NCBI RefSeq assembly: GCF_041146345.1
Contig: NW_027191402.1
Coordinates: 930,001 to 994,000 of the forward strand
Origin: Neodothiora populina
Lineage: Eukaryota
Direction: 5' to 3'
Length of the DNA stretch: 64,000 bases
Position numbers and translations under genes: made by a program
Notes under the pieces: generated by a model
Seen by the model: only the letters and a program-made list of their open reading frames with translations
Database searches by the model: none
What the model was told of the DNA's origin: nothing
In this document: positions 1-10,996 of the stretch, in pieces
Numbering within the stretch: position 1 is the first letter of the stretch
Layout of the letters: every line of letters starts with the position of its first letter

Positions 1-1190
1 AAACATGTAGGTAATGTCATTCAGACCAGAAAGCCATCCCGATTTTTGCGAATCGTATCCTGCAATGCCGAAGATTGCTAGTATGGTCAGCATAACACAT
101 GTGATGCTCTTGCAACGTTAAGCAACTCACTAGGTGCGTATACGGTTACGCCCGCGATACCGACCCACTAATTCATGGTGTCAGTGAGGTTCAGACACGT
201 GTCGTTGGATGAGAGAGTCAACTTTACCTCTTGGATGATCTGCAACCAAATGACGAGTTGTACTCTCCTTCCCGTGTGCAGCTTCCCTGAGCTACCCAAA
301 TCGAAGAACATTTTCCAGTAGCTGTTTTGGTCTGACGTATCTTTCTCGAGAGCGATTACATTCTCGATCTCACGAAACTCCTTCTGGGCCCTAGCGCCAC
401 CGTCTTCTTCACCACGCAAGCGACCAAGTATATATCTCGCCTCTTCAGTTCTGCCTACTTTTGCCAACCATCTCGGAGACTCGGGGAAGAACCAAATGGA
501 CCCGAAGAGGAGCAAAAGAGGGATGATCTGGAAAGCTATAGGGAATCGCCATTGAAAGGGACCAGCACCGTCATCGATGAAGCTGAGACCAAACTCCAGC
601 CAGTATGCAACTGCCACACCGAAGATATTGAGAGTGAACTCGATTGCAACGAACTGACCTCTGGAGGTATGCTCGGCAGTCTCAGTTGCCCAAACTGGAA
701 CGATGGAGTTCAGGATGCCCGTGCCGATACCGTTCACTGCTCGAGCGCAGATCATCCAGTTGTGGTTCTGCGCCGAACATTGCAAGGCAGCTCCGAGAAT
801 CGCCCAGATGGCACCCAGGGCAATTGTCTTGATACGACCCTGCTTATCACCAACAAAGCCACCGAGAAACGCACCGAAGAGAGTACCCAGATAGTAGACG
901 GCTACAATTCCTCCTTGCAGCAGCGAATCAGTAACGACCACTGTCTTCGTCTCCTGGTTACGATAGCCGAATCCCATCAGCTCGGCATAGTCAGCACTAG
1001 TGTTGACACCACCCTTTGACATTTGTTAGCTCTGCTTTACGGTTCGATGTCTCTTGTCTCGCGAACTCACCATCATTCCTTGGTCGTAGCCGAAGAAGAA
1101 GATTGACAAGGCGCATGCGCAATTGATGGCAAAGAGCAGTTTGCGCTTTTCGAATTTGGAAGCTATGCGCCATCCTTGCATTTGATGCAT
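1..1190 (-). CDS. MFS sugar porter family transporter (STL1/hexose transporter-like); 3' end runs off the window
   Basis: Spliced model: exon 1190(or 1181)-1071 MHQMQGWRIASKFEKRKLLFAINCACALSIFFFGYDQGMM, intron 1070-1014 (GTGAGT..GCTAAC..AAG), exon 1013-228 with sugar-porter motifs (GDKQGR, RAVNGIGTG, ETAEHTSRG, WRFP, PESPRWL), then small exons WVGIAGVTVYAP and IFGIAGYDSQKSGWLSGLNDITYMF. Confidence 0.92.
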
Positions 1191-4100
1191 TTCTTTGATT
1201 CTGATCCTTTACCAAGTGCGTGGGGTCGGTCGTATTCATGAGCATCTGCAAGCCTGGAGTAACTTTTGAGGGAAGGGAGAGAAAACGACGACCGAGACAT
1301 GTGGAGGATCAGCACGTTAAGTATACATGCACCCTCGGAGCGCGAATGCTCAGGATCGTCACCGAAAACCATGTTGAGCTGCAGAGTTTGGGAGAAATAG
1401 GACCATGCCGACCGTGTCATCGTTGCTCGTTGTGCACCAAATGGCTTACCGGTTCCTGCCTTGCAGCAAACCTATCCCGATCCTGCCAGAAGGGTACGCA
1501 TCAATCAGACCATGCTACTACATCGGACTTTTCTGAGTATGCCGGCATTGCATTTCGGATCAGTCTAGCGGCGCAAATCTACCCTGAGAGACTGTAGCAT
1601 CGCGCCCACGGAAATATGAAATCGGGTGCTACAACGTCCGGGGTACCAGCTGGGGTTAGGTCTGGAGAAAAAGTGGACCTCGATTGCAGATCCTTTCCTA
1701 GGACGTCATGGCCGTTCGATTAAAGACGAGGATAATTGCGAGTCAGCCCGGGTTTTTCGATCGTTGACACACTCATTTCTGCTCATCGATGCCGCATTTG
1801 AGTTTCGGAGAGTGGGAATCGGGGTCCCCTTTCTGGGGACGTCACAGGTGTGATGATGTGTGTTTTAAGGCGGACCGCGTTTTCGTATGCAGTGTCAGTG
1901 ACTGAAGCCATTGGACCAACATTGAATGAATTGATCATTGGGAAATTGCGGTGCCAGTTGCTTGGAGACTGGATATCCTTACGACAATCGGTGTGTGTTT
2001 TCTGTGTTATCTAGCTTGCCCTGGTAAGAATCCAGCTCTTTGCATACTACCATAAGACGAGGCATTCGCTATGAGGATTACTAGTACCATCTATACCGAA
2101 AATAGCCTTACCAGCCCTATTGCAATACCATCAGTCTTCATACAGGAAGTAGAGGACTGGAAATAACTCGACTACAACCCAACAAGAAGGCTACTATTAT
2201 ACCCTGACACAATGACACTGAAGGTTAGATATATCTCATTACACAGTCTTGCGTCTTAAGCAATAAGTAAACTATGATCACCGCCAAGAAGAGATATCGG
2301 ATCAATAGTACATTATCTGAAAATGGCATAGGAAGCCTAGTATCGAGGGCAACCCTGTCCGGTCAACCCGATAACCTTATGTCAACAAGATCCTTTCTGT
2401 CGTAAAGTAACCACTCAGGATCACGATTTATTCTGGAGTGTCAAATCTCGATAGATACAACACGGGTATATCGTCCGTGATCGTCGTAATCAGGATGGTT
2501 CGTCGTTTCCGGTAGGAAATATTTAATCGAAATCAAGGCGAATCTCTACGGCGCATATGCCAAAACACACCCGCCAAGGTCAGACTTCGAAAAGGGAGCA
2601 ACGACGATCTACAGTAAGCCAGAATACTCTTATGCCATCGAAATGCTGTATCGCTATCACCCATCGCGTCCAGACACACATGCGCATGTGATCCATGGAC
2701 AGGGTGACCCTAACCAAAGCAGCATGAGCAACACCACTTCTGCTCAATTCAACCTAGGTCCTGTCACAGCATTGTATTAAGGAAGGTGCGATGCCGAAAC
2801 TCCATTTTGTGCGTATTGATAGGCGCACGCCGTCCTCAAGGGGGACTCACTACTCTCACAAGGTTTTGTTCAAGGTCTGATATGTCCGTGGAGTCCTTGT
2901 CTTATATCGAGGAGTGAAAATCAATGTTTCTGATATTGCTTGGGGGTCAATGTATGGAGTACTAGAGGGAAAGCTGTTTGCGAATATTGGACTCGAGTTT
3001 GTACTACTCTGATGGCCTTCCGCATTTTTCTTGTCTTCTATCTTGTGTCAAGCGGTAGATGTAGCGTCCTTGTGCAGGGCTGATGGAGTCATATAGCTAT
3101 GGCTTTTCCTACGAAACGAATAGGTCGTACAATGTACATTTGTTCTGGACAATATATGGAACCTGGACAATGTGTAAGAGCAGTGGACAGGGCATTACTG
3201 GTGAATGTACGTATATCTCTATTCGTCGAATCCGGTCCAAATTGATATAGGCATGTAATGTTTTTTTTTCTCGGGTTCCAATTCATGAATGCAAGATGCT
3301 GGATCTTCACCTGATGAGAGACCTTGGAGAACCTCTCATCGACCAGTCATTTTCATGACGGTTTCCCGAATACCTCATATGCAAGCTATTTTCATATAAT
3401 GGCGAATAGTTTCAGGATTTGAGCCTCACATGAAAAGCACATTCAATAATAGAGACCTGCTCGTCGTCTGCACGAATTCTTTCGAAGCAGCTTCAGTGTG
3501 TATCCTACGTCTTTGCCGCATCATGTGTCGGATATGCAGTATGGCGTTCTCGAAGATAGTAGGGGTAGAACTCAGCAGAAGCGCGTTCGAGCGAATTATC
3601 AACTTGCTAAAGGATGTTTTGAGGCGGAATGTCTGAATGACACGATACAAGTCCACGATGGCTCAATACCGGCGTGTCTGTTCTCTAATGGTTCTTCGAT
3701 CGAGGTGTTCTTGTGACCCTGCGTCTGACTCGAGTTCGAGTTCCATTTGTCCCAGAAGAGTCCACGCGACGTACCGCCTCCTAGAAGTTAGGTTTCCGTC
3801 AAGTGAAAAAGATGCTTAATCGTTTTGACGATCTGCGATGCCGGCGTCGTCCTTGATAATGAACTTTTGTCTTTCGTCGATGTTTTCCATGGATAGGTAG
3901 CCCTTCGATTGATGAGAGAGAAACCTGGAGACTGATGAGATACAGCGAGTGCTTCGGGCAAATATGTCGTAAGCTACATCGAAAAGTACCAATATACTCG
4001 ACAATTATTGATGAATCGTAAGGTGTTGACTTCGGCAGATGTCTAGATCGACAGCTTTGTCATCTGGCAGTGGTGTATCATCGCAAGAATAATGTACCTG

Positions 4101-4373
4101 GATCTTTGTGTTCATGTTACCGGATCGTGGTGTAGTTCTGCATGCAAAATCAAATAGCAAGACTTACAAAGGCACATATGGACAGGTCTATGAACACAGT
4201 TCAAATTATCAGCCATTTATGAAGCTGAGAAGACAAGCAGTTCGCGTAGGAAGTTACCAAAGTATCGACCAGCTAAAGCTGTGAACTCCTGCACGTAAAC
4301 GCCAGAGCAGCAGCCAACAACCGTCTCGCATGACCTGTTCGCGACTTCAGCAGTAAATAATTCAAGTATCATC

Positions 4374-4870
4374 TTACCTTCGGACATTTAGACTTCGTAG
4401 ACGAACCACGATAGCGGACGGCATCAGGCAACAATACCAGGCGAGTGTACGAAGCATTGCCACGCTAAAGCGCAGAGCCAAGTAGATATTCTCACATCTC
4501 CGGTCAACACTCCACGTACGGCCACAGGCAGCTGAGAACTGGGCATCCCGTCCGCTCTGCCAGACATAAGCAGTTGACCGGCTGATTAGTACTACGGTGG
4601 GTGACCACGTGGGAATCCCGGCTGCTGTACGTTTTTCTTTTTGTGTTTGCCATAGTAGTCGCAGATCATTCTCCCTTTTTGCTGGGCTTACCAGATCGAG
4701 CCACATGGTGTAAAGCTCGCAATACCGGCCGAGTGACACCGTCGATCGAACCGGAACGCTATCTTGTACAAGTAAGTTTTATCGTATATACCGAAGATCT
4801 CTCTACGTGAAACCGGATTGAAGCGAGCCACCATGGGCAGGTTTCCAAGTGAGTCAAAGTTCTGACACAT
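4374..4870 (-). pseudogene. Possible decayed fragment of a HET-domain protein C-terminal region
   Basis: Two overlapping frames give ..ARFNPVSRREIFGI.. then ..ELY..ENDLRLLW..GIPTWSP..QFSAACGR, resembling the order of motifs RDKIFG / DL.LL / LPSWVPDW / F.A.G in HET proteins; frameshifted, no start or end found. Confidence 0.3.
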
Positions 4871-5747
4871 GGTGTGTCTGCGTGATCTTCATGTTGGGAG
4901 GATCATCCGATCGACGAAAGAGAAGCTCTACAGTCGTGTTCCAACAGTCTTGAAACATGCCAATAGCTGACAAGAAAAGATATTGTATGAATGAAGAAGA
5001 GCATCGCGAACATACACCTACCACGCGGTAAATCCTGACATGACAGCGACGGACCAGACCGAAGTCATCTGTCCCACCTACCTCGCGCAGAGAATGTTCA
5101 TGACCAGAGGTCCATGGATCCAGTACATCGTAAAAGCCGAGTCAAGTCGTGCGTATAAGTATAGTACATTCCATTGACCGCCACGTCCTGACTGGGTGCC
5201 AAGTGACATATACCGTATTCGGCACGCAGCGGTTCCATCAGCAGCGATGACATATGCGCGATCTCACGTTTCTTCCCACCCCCGAGACTCGGAACAGAAA
5301 ACCTGGAAAACGAGTCGTCTCTCGTGGGAAGTGTTGAGGCACAGGACCAGGGCCAAGACCTTACGATATTGTATGTGTGGGGCGCGCGAGCGAGCGAGCG
5401 AGGAGTCGGTGTAGCGTTGGCTGTGCGACGACCACTTTATTGTGCTCGCTCCTCATCAGCATCATCACCATCGGGCGTGAGCCTTTGCCTGGGTAGTAGT
5501 AGCAGCTACGGTAGTATTGCGTCTTTTACAGTGCACAGGAGACAACCGGCAAGAGCGGAGCGAGGTGGGTTGTTGTGGCATGTCGAAAAGTAGCGCATAC
5601 TACCTACCTACGGGCTGCGTGATAATTATTCTGATTTATACAAAAGACGAAGATCCATCAAATAAAAGATAGAGCAGCAAAAGATCAATTTAGTAGGCTT
5701 GGTATGGAGGTCTAAAGTTGGGAACGAAAAGAGCCAAAAAGAGATAT

Positions 5748-5869
5748 TGACAAGAGTGGGGTTCGAACCCACGCGGTTTCCCACTGCGGAATTGTTGTAT
5801 ATTGATAACGATTGGAATCGTTACGCAGTGTACCTAAACGCAGCGCCTTAACCACTCGGCCATCTTGCC
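5748..5869 (-). tRNA. tRNA-Leu(UAG) with 43-nt intron (5790-5832)
   Basis: Reverse complement GGCAAGATGGCCGAGTGGTTAAGGCGCTGCG-TTTAGG-[intron]-C-CGCAG-TGGGAAACCGC-GTGGGTTCGAACCCCAC-TCTTGTCA; A and B boxes, cloverleaf, variable arm, downstream T5 run. Confidence 0.95.
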
Positions 5870-5979
5870 TGTTTCGATGATGTTGCGCCTATACGCCCAC
5901 AATATATACGTCGTACATCGAGGTGACATGATCATTCATTACTCCTCTCATCAATTGCCGAGGAGTTTGTCGCATATAA

Positions 5980-6166
5980 TGTTACGGGGTCTTAGTACGA
6001 AGACCCTGTTTCCTAGGGCTCGGCTAAGCCTCGCTTCGGAGCGCTCCGGCTCCGCACTTCGCTATTTCTCTTACTCGTTGGAGGAAAGCCCACCTTTCCT
6101 CCTTATCGAAACCTTCGTGTATTTAGGTAGACCCTTAGGTAGCATTCCTAGGGCTTTCCCCTAACA
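5980..6166. mobile_element. Solo LTR (187 bp) with 5-bp target-site duplication
   Basis: Begins TGTTACGGGG, ends CCCCTAACA (TG..CA ends, imperfect terminal inverted repeat); flanked on both sides by TATAA (5975-5979 and 6167-6171). Confidence 0.8.
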
Positions 6167-7453
6167 TATAATAGGTCATTTGGTGTTGCATGCTGATATC
6201 CTTAGATACTTCTACCATCACAGTCCAGACATATGATGTTATGTGTGATGACAATAAATCATCATCGCGCCCATCTTATCTTGTGAGCGCAATCTGGATT
6301 CTATGACTCGAAACCGTATAGGGCTGAACAGCTAAACTAAGGTACGATTATCAGGGGGCGAGCTCAATGTAGGAGAAGCAAAGACCGAAGATGTGGGTCA
6401 AGGCCAAAAACAGCGTTATTATTCAGTATCACACCAGAGGAACGCACTATGAAAGAAAGAGCATGCTTGGAGATGTTTTGAGAATGTCATTTCGCGTACG
6501 TCATACAGGCGTTCATTTTCCTTTCAAAAAAAGCCCTACTAAACCAAAAGAAAGCGCAACTCGTGTGAACCATAAAATCGTAAGGTAAAACTAATCGCTT
6601 TAATCATCAAGCGAATAGAAGATTGAACAGAAGAAAAAATAGCAACGGAAAAGCGTCCGCAGAAAAAGGTTATAGAATCCGATAAACAGAGTCAGGCCTG
6701 GCTAATGCACTTGGGGATCCCATCACCCGGTCGAGAAGCGTCATTCACAGCCCAAGCCTAAGCGCAAAGCCCGAGGTCATGCCAAAAGCCAGAACCGTGC
6801 TTGCGCCATTGCTGTTGCGCAACTTAGTACGGCGGACGCAACTCCACTAGTGTTCTGGCCCATGTTTTCTCTCTTTCTGAGCTGCATGCATGCATGAATG
6901 AATTTGAGTCATCCCGGGTGACCGAGGTAGCCAATCTTCACGCAAGCTGTGTAGCATGCCACACGTGAGACCATGAAGATTTGTGCCCCTTGCGCCTTTG
7001 GATGCAAGGTACTTGTGCTTGTACTCAAGTCGGGAGTCGGGCCGCTGCAGCACACGCGTGATGTGCAGATTTCTCCTGATCGTGGTGGACAAGGAATAAT
7101 CATTCGTTGTGTTTCGGTGATGCGCCACCCACCATGTCGGAGGTGGTTTGGTCGTCGACGATATTGCTCCTTGTCGTCGCAACCATCTGAATAGTGGTTG
7201 TGGACGTGCAATTGCTTGTCGAAGGAAAGCATAATACTTGAGAAGTGAAAATAAGTAGAGAGGAATAAAGTCCACTCCAAAGAAGTAAAAGGTTCATTCT
7301 TTTTGTTTCCCAAGGAAAAAGTGCGCCGTCGGAGTTCCCCAGTTGTTGATGCATTTTTGCCCGTTTTCCGATTCTCAGTAATATCAATGTCGAGCTTGAT
7401 AAATGTCGAGATGCAATTAAATATGTTTGCCAAGAAGAAGATGAACAAAAGCT

Positions 7454-7711
7454 TCAAGAGAGCTTTCTTCTAATAGACATAGCGCGCAGTCTGCTGATGG
7501 GTGATGTCGGAAGAGGCATCGACATCAACGAAGAAGTAGTCTTGCTGCTGGAATCGATACTGCTGTTGCTGCCATTGCTGCTAGCAAAAGAAGACGATGA
7601 AGAAGAGCGTTGTCTTGGTTCTGCTAGACATTCTTCCAGGCTGACGTTTGCTTCTGGCATCGATGGCTCCATGGATTCGTCCAGCAGCTCGGTGAATTTA
7701 GACATGGTCAT
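7454..7711 (-). CDS. Small Ser-rich hypothetical protein (83-85 aa)
   Basis: ATG in good context (CAAAATGACCATGTCT) after a C/A-rich leader; MSKFTELLDES..LEECLAEPRQRSSSSSS..SRLRAMSIRRKLS reads like a small fungal phosphoprotein. Confidence 0.65.
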   Translation of the reverse strand: MTMSKFTELLDESMEPSMPEANVSLEECLAEPRQRSSSSSSFASSNGSNSSIDSSSKTTSSLMSMPLPTSPISRLRAMSIRRKLS

Positions 7712-10700
7712 TTTGTGTGGAGTGAGTGAGGGGTGTGTGAGCAGTAAAAAGTTTAGTCCGACTTGCGAAATCGGTAGGAGATCTGCAGCCTTGTGTCGTA
7801 TATGTATCCAGACAGGTAATATGTGTCGAGTGAGTAGTGAGGAAGAAGAGTGGTAAGCGATTGATAATCAGACAAGAGGAAGAAAGAAGAGTCTCGGAGG
7901 GGGGATATGTAATCCAGGGCGATGGCGAGAGTGACTCGTACAATTACTGTACATACAAATCGACTATTGACGGTTTCGATTTCCCCTGCCCTCTCTTTAC
8001 TACGTGCAAAGCGTACAAATACTACTACGGCGCACACGCACAGCCTGCAGGGTCCACAAACCTTATTCTTTTCCTACCAAGACACGGGCCACGCGGAAAG
8101 TCTAAAAGGCTCCGTTTGAGGACCCTTGTCGCACATCATTGGGCACGCAACGGACCTTTTCTGGGCACCAAGTGCGCGGCCCTGTGGTCGATGGTCTTTA
8201 GAGGCTTGGGTGACACGACTAGAACAAGAAGACCCACACGTGCTTTCTGCTGCGTTGTACTGCCGTCGATGACGATGGTTTCTCTGTTAAGCAGACCCTT
8301 GCTGATCTCCTCTCGTGGGTGGTGCGCGCGCGGCCCCCTTTGTCTTTTTTTCTGCTGACCTTTCCTCAGTAATGCGGTGGCATTTCTCTGGAGACGCGAC
8401 ACGACGACGCTTGTCGCACTCGCTGGAATAGGTTGAGGCCTTGTCGGTGGATTGATTTTCTGTTACATGCGTCATAGGTTTTTGGTGCTGACGGGAAGGA
8501 TCGCAGTGCCATTGGGTCCTTTTGCAAGGGATCTGCTATCTACCTGTTCATGAAATTATTCTCCGTGTCGTAGCACATAATCTGTGTGTGTGCGTGGTTC
8601 CTTGCTACCCCTTCCGCCCGTACCGAACAATATAGTAGAGTCGACTAAATAACGCTCTAAACGTGTTTTTTGCTCTGTCTTGCTATATTTCAATTGTATA
8701 TACAAGTGTCCATCTATGTAATGCGACAGGGTACGACAAGCAATACAAGCGAGCCGTTGGTGTCGTTAACGTCGACTAAACAGCTCTAACGGTTTGTTCT
8801 ATTCACATGCATCTTCTTGCAAATGCGCAGGACTGCCGCGCCTCGGTCAGTAAGTTGCAACAGGACGGACAGACAGACAGACACCACGACGACAAGGCGC
8901 AGCAGTGGTAGAATGTCATTGTCTTCGCATCTTCGCAATCGTTCGTAAAATTCGCGATTGATGTTCACTCTGTCTTCTTCGTAATAGACATGCTCATCAC
9001 AAACCGACTCCAGTGCGGTCACGCGCCTGCGCCCGCGCTGCGCATTCGAACCATCGTCATAGAGACAAAAGCAGATTGCGCGTTTCCATATATCGATTTC
9101 TGCGTCTTCCCTGATGCCTACACAGCGTTTTCCATATACCAATATTTTATTTTATTGCTGCCTACGAATAGCGGTCACCTGCGCATAAAGAAGCGAAAAC
9201 ACCGCCTGCCTCGTGGCCCTTTGACCAAAGCATATCAAGAAATCATTCCAAGCTTGCCCGTGTAGGAAATGTAAAACCATCTTTGACGCACATGTGACAG
9301 TTCTAGACTGCTAAGCGAAGGTGCGCTCACGTGCTGGAGGAGCTGAGACAAACTCACATGTTGTCTTTGCTCTGCTATTCTGCTGCCTCGTTTCGTCGAG
9401 TTTCTGTAAAGGATGTCGCTGTATTTCTAATCAGTGGCTATTATGGACTAATACTGTATCGACGACTGACCCCGTCCCCCCTCCGTTCATTCGATATGTC
9501 ATATCCCTTTCCTTTTCTGCCCTCTTGTACACAGAGTAAGGGATGTGTGTTTTCTCGGTCCATCACAGAAACAATGCACTCATATTCTGGGGAAATGTAC
9601 AGCACAGCACAGCAGCACAGCACGGCACACCACCTCCACGACATCAGGCTGGAGCTTGGACAAAACATGTCACTTTTGCAATAGGTATGAAGGGGAGTAG
9701 ATACCCGTGGCCTTTTGCGTAATGTACGCGTACTATGCCACCACCAAACAACGATCTATCCTTCCCGACGGGATAGGATTACGACATAGCACAGCGAAAT
9801 GCGAATCAACAATAAGGTTAGTCGGAAGGTATGTATTTGTACTGTACTGTAGGTTCGTAAGCAGACGACGACAGAGTTCGAGGGAACAGAGCTTTTGCTG
9901 AAGACAATATGAGAGTACCTAAAATACCTTAGTGGTCGCAAGGGAAGCTGGATTAAACCCAGGCCGAGAGAGAGCGAAAGCGCGGCATGGCGGGATCCCG
10001 TTACTGTGCAGCGTCGTCTGCCTGCCTTGCTGTGAAAGGTGTGTGGCGACGGACGGGTGTTCGGTAGGCTGGCGGCGGGTAGGATAAGGCAACCTGAACT
10101 TAACGTCCCCTAAGGTACTGTAGCTACCTAGCTACCTGAATAAGGTACGGTACTGTAGGCAAAAATGACGGGAGGTAAGGCACCGAACGATGTCATCGTT
10201 CCGCTGCTTTATTGCCGCCTAAGGTACCTGATGTAATGTACCTTACCTTACCCTTTACCCTTAATCTCTTCCTTATTCCGAACCGTACCGTGGATTCGAG
10301 ATCAATAAGGTTAGGTAAGGTAAGGTAGGTAGCGAAGACAAAGAGGGACAAGAACGCCCCCCCAGCAAGCAGCCATGACGGCATATCGTCTTTTTCTGGT
10401 CTATACGTCAACGAAGTTTGTAGTGCAAAAGGTTATGCGGAAGATACGTCGACATGTCTTTACATGACCCTGTTCAATCTTAATGAGGTAGCCAAATAAA
10501 CCCTCGGCGAGAAAACCAATCGTTTCATCGCTCGAGACGGAGCCTGTGCTAAGTCGTGACGGGATGAGGCTGGCTTGTATACTGCGATATTTTGTCAGGG
10601 ACAGGTTCTGTGTTTATGCTTCGTAGACGAACTGAGGATGTGCATTAGGGTCAAGGAGAGAGGACGGCGTCGGAAGTTGATGGATGTTCACTTTTACATA

Positions 10701-10996
10701 CGGTGTGAAGACGACGAGGATGAGAGGGGGTCATATACTGTAGATTGTGAAGGGTCTTGGTTCGTATAGTCTCATAGTCCCATGTCCGCTAGGCTGTGGA
10801 CAAGTCTTCATCATGATTCACAGACTTCGAACGGAAAAGATTCAGATCTTTTTGAATACAGAAGAGGAAAAGGAAAAAAAGAAAAATCCTTTTTCGTCAT
10901 CATCTTTTTTATGACATGAAACTACTATTTGTGTTTTCGCTACACTGCAGCCTTTTATCCACAGCTTCGAGAAAAAAAAGAAACGCTTGCTGTAGA

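Noticed and set aside
1849..1905. TGATGA..CTGA as a C/D box snoRNA
   Set aside because: Too short, no terminal stem or recognisable rRNA guide.
6909..7457. 182-aa - strand ORF with a signal-peptide-like start
   Set aside because: Starts at a TTG overlapping the stop of the small ORF; looks like T-rich 3' UTR sequence.
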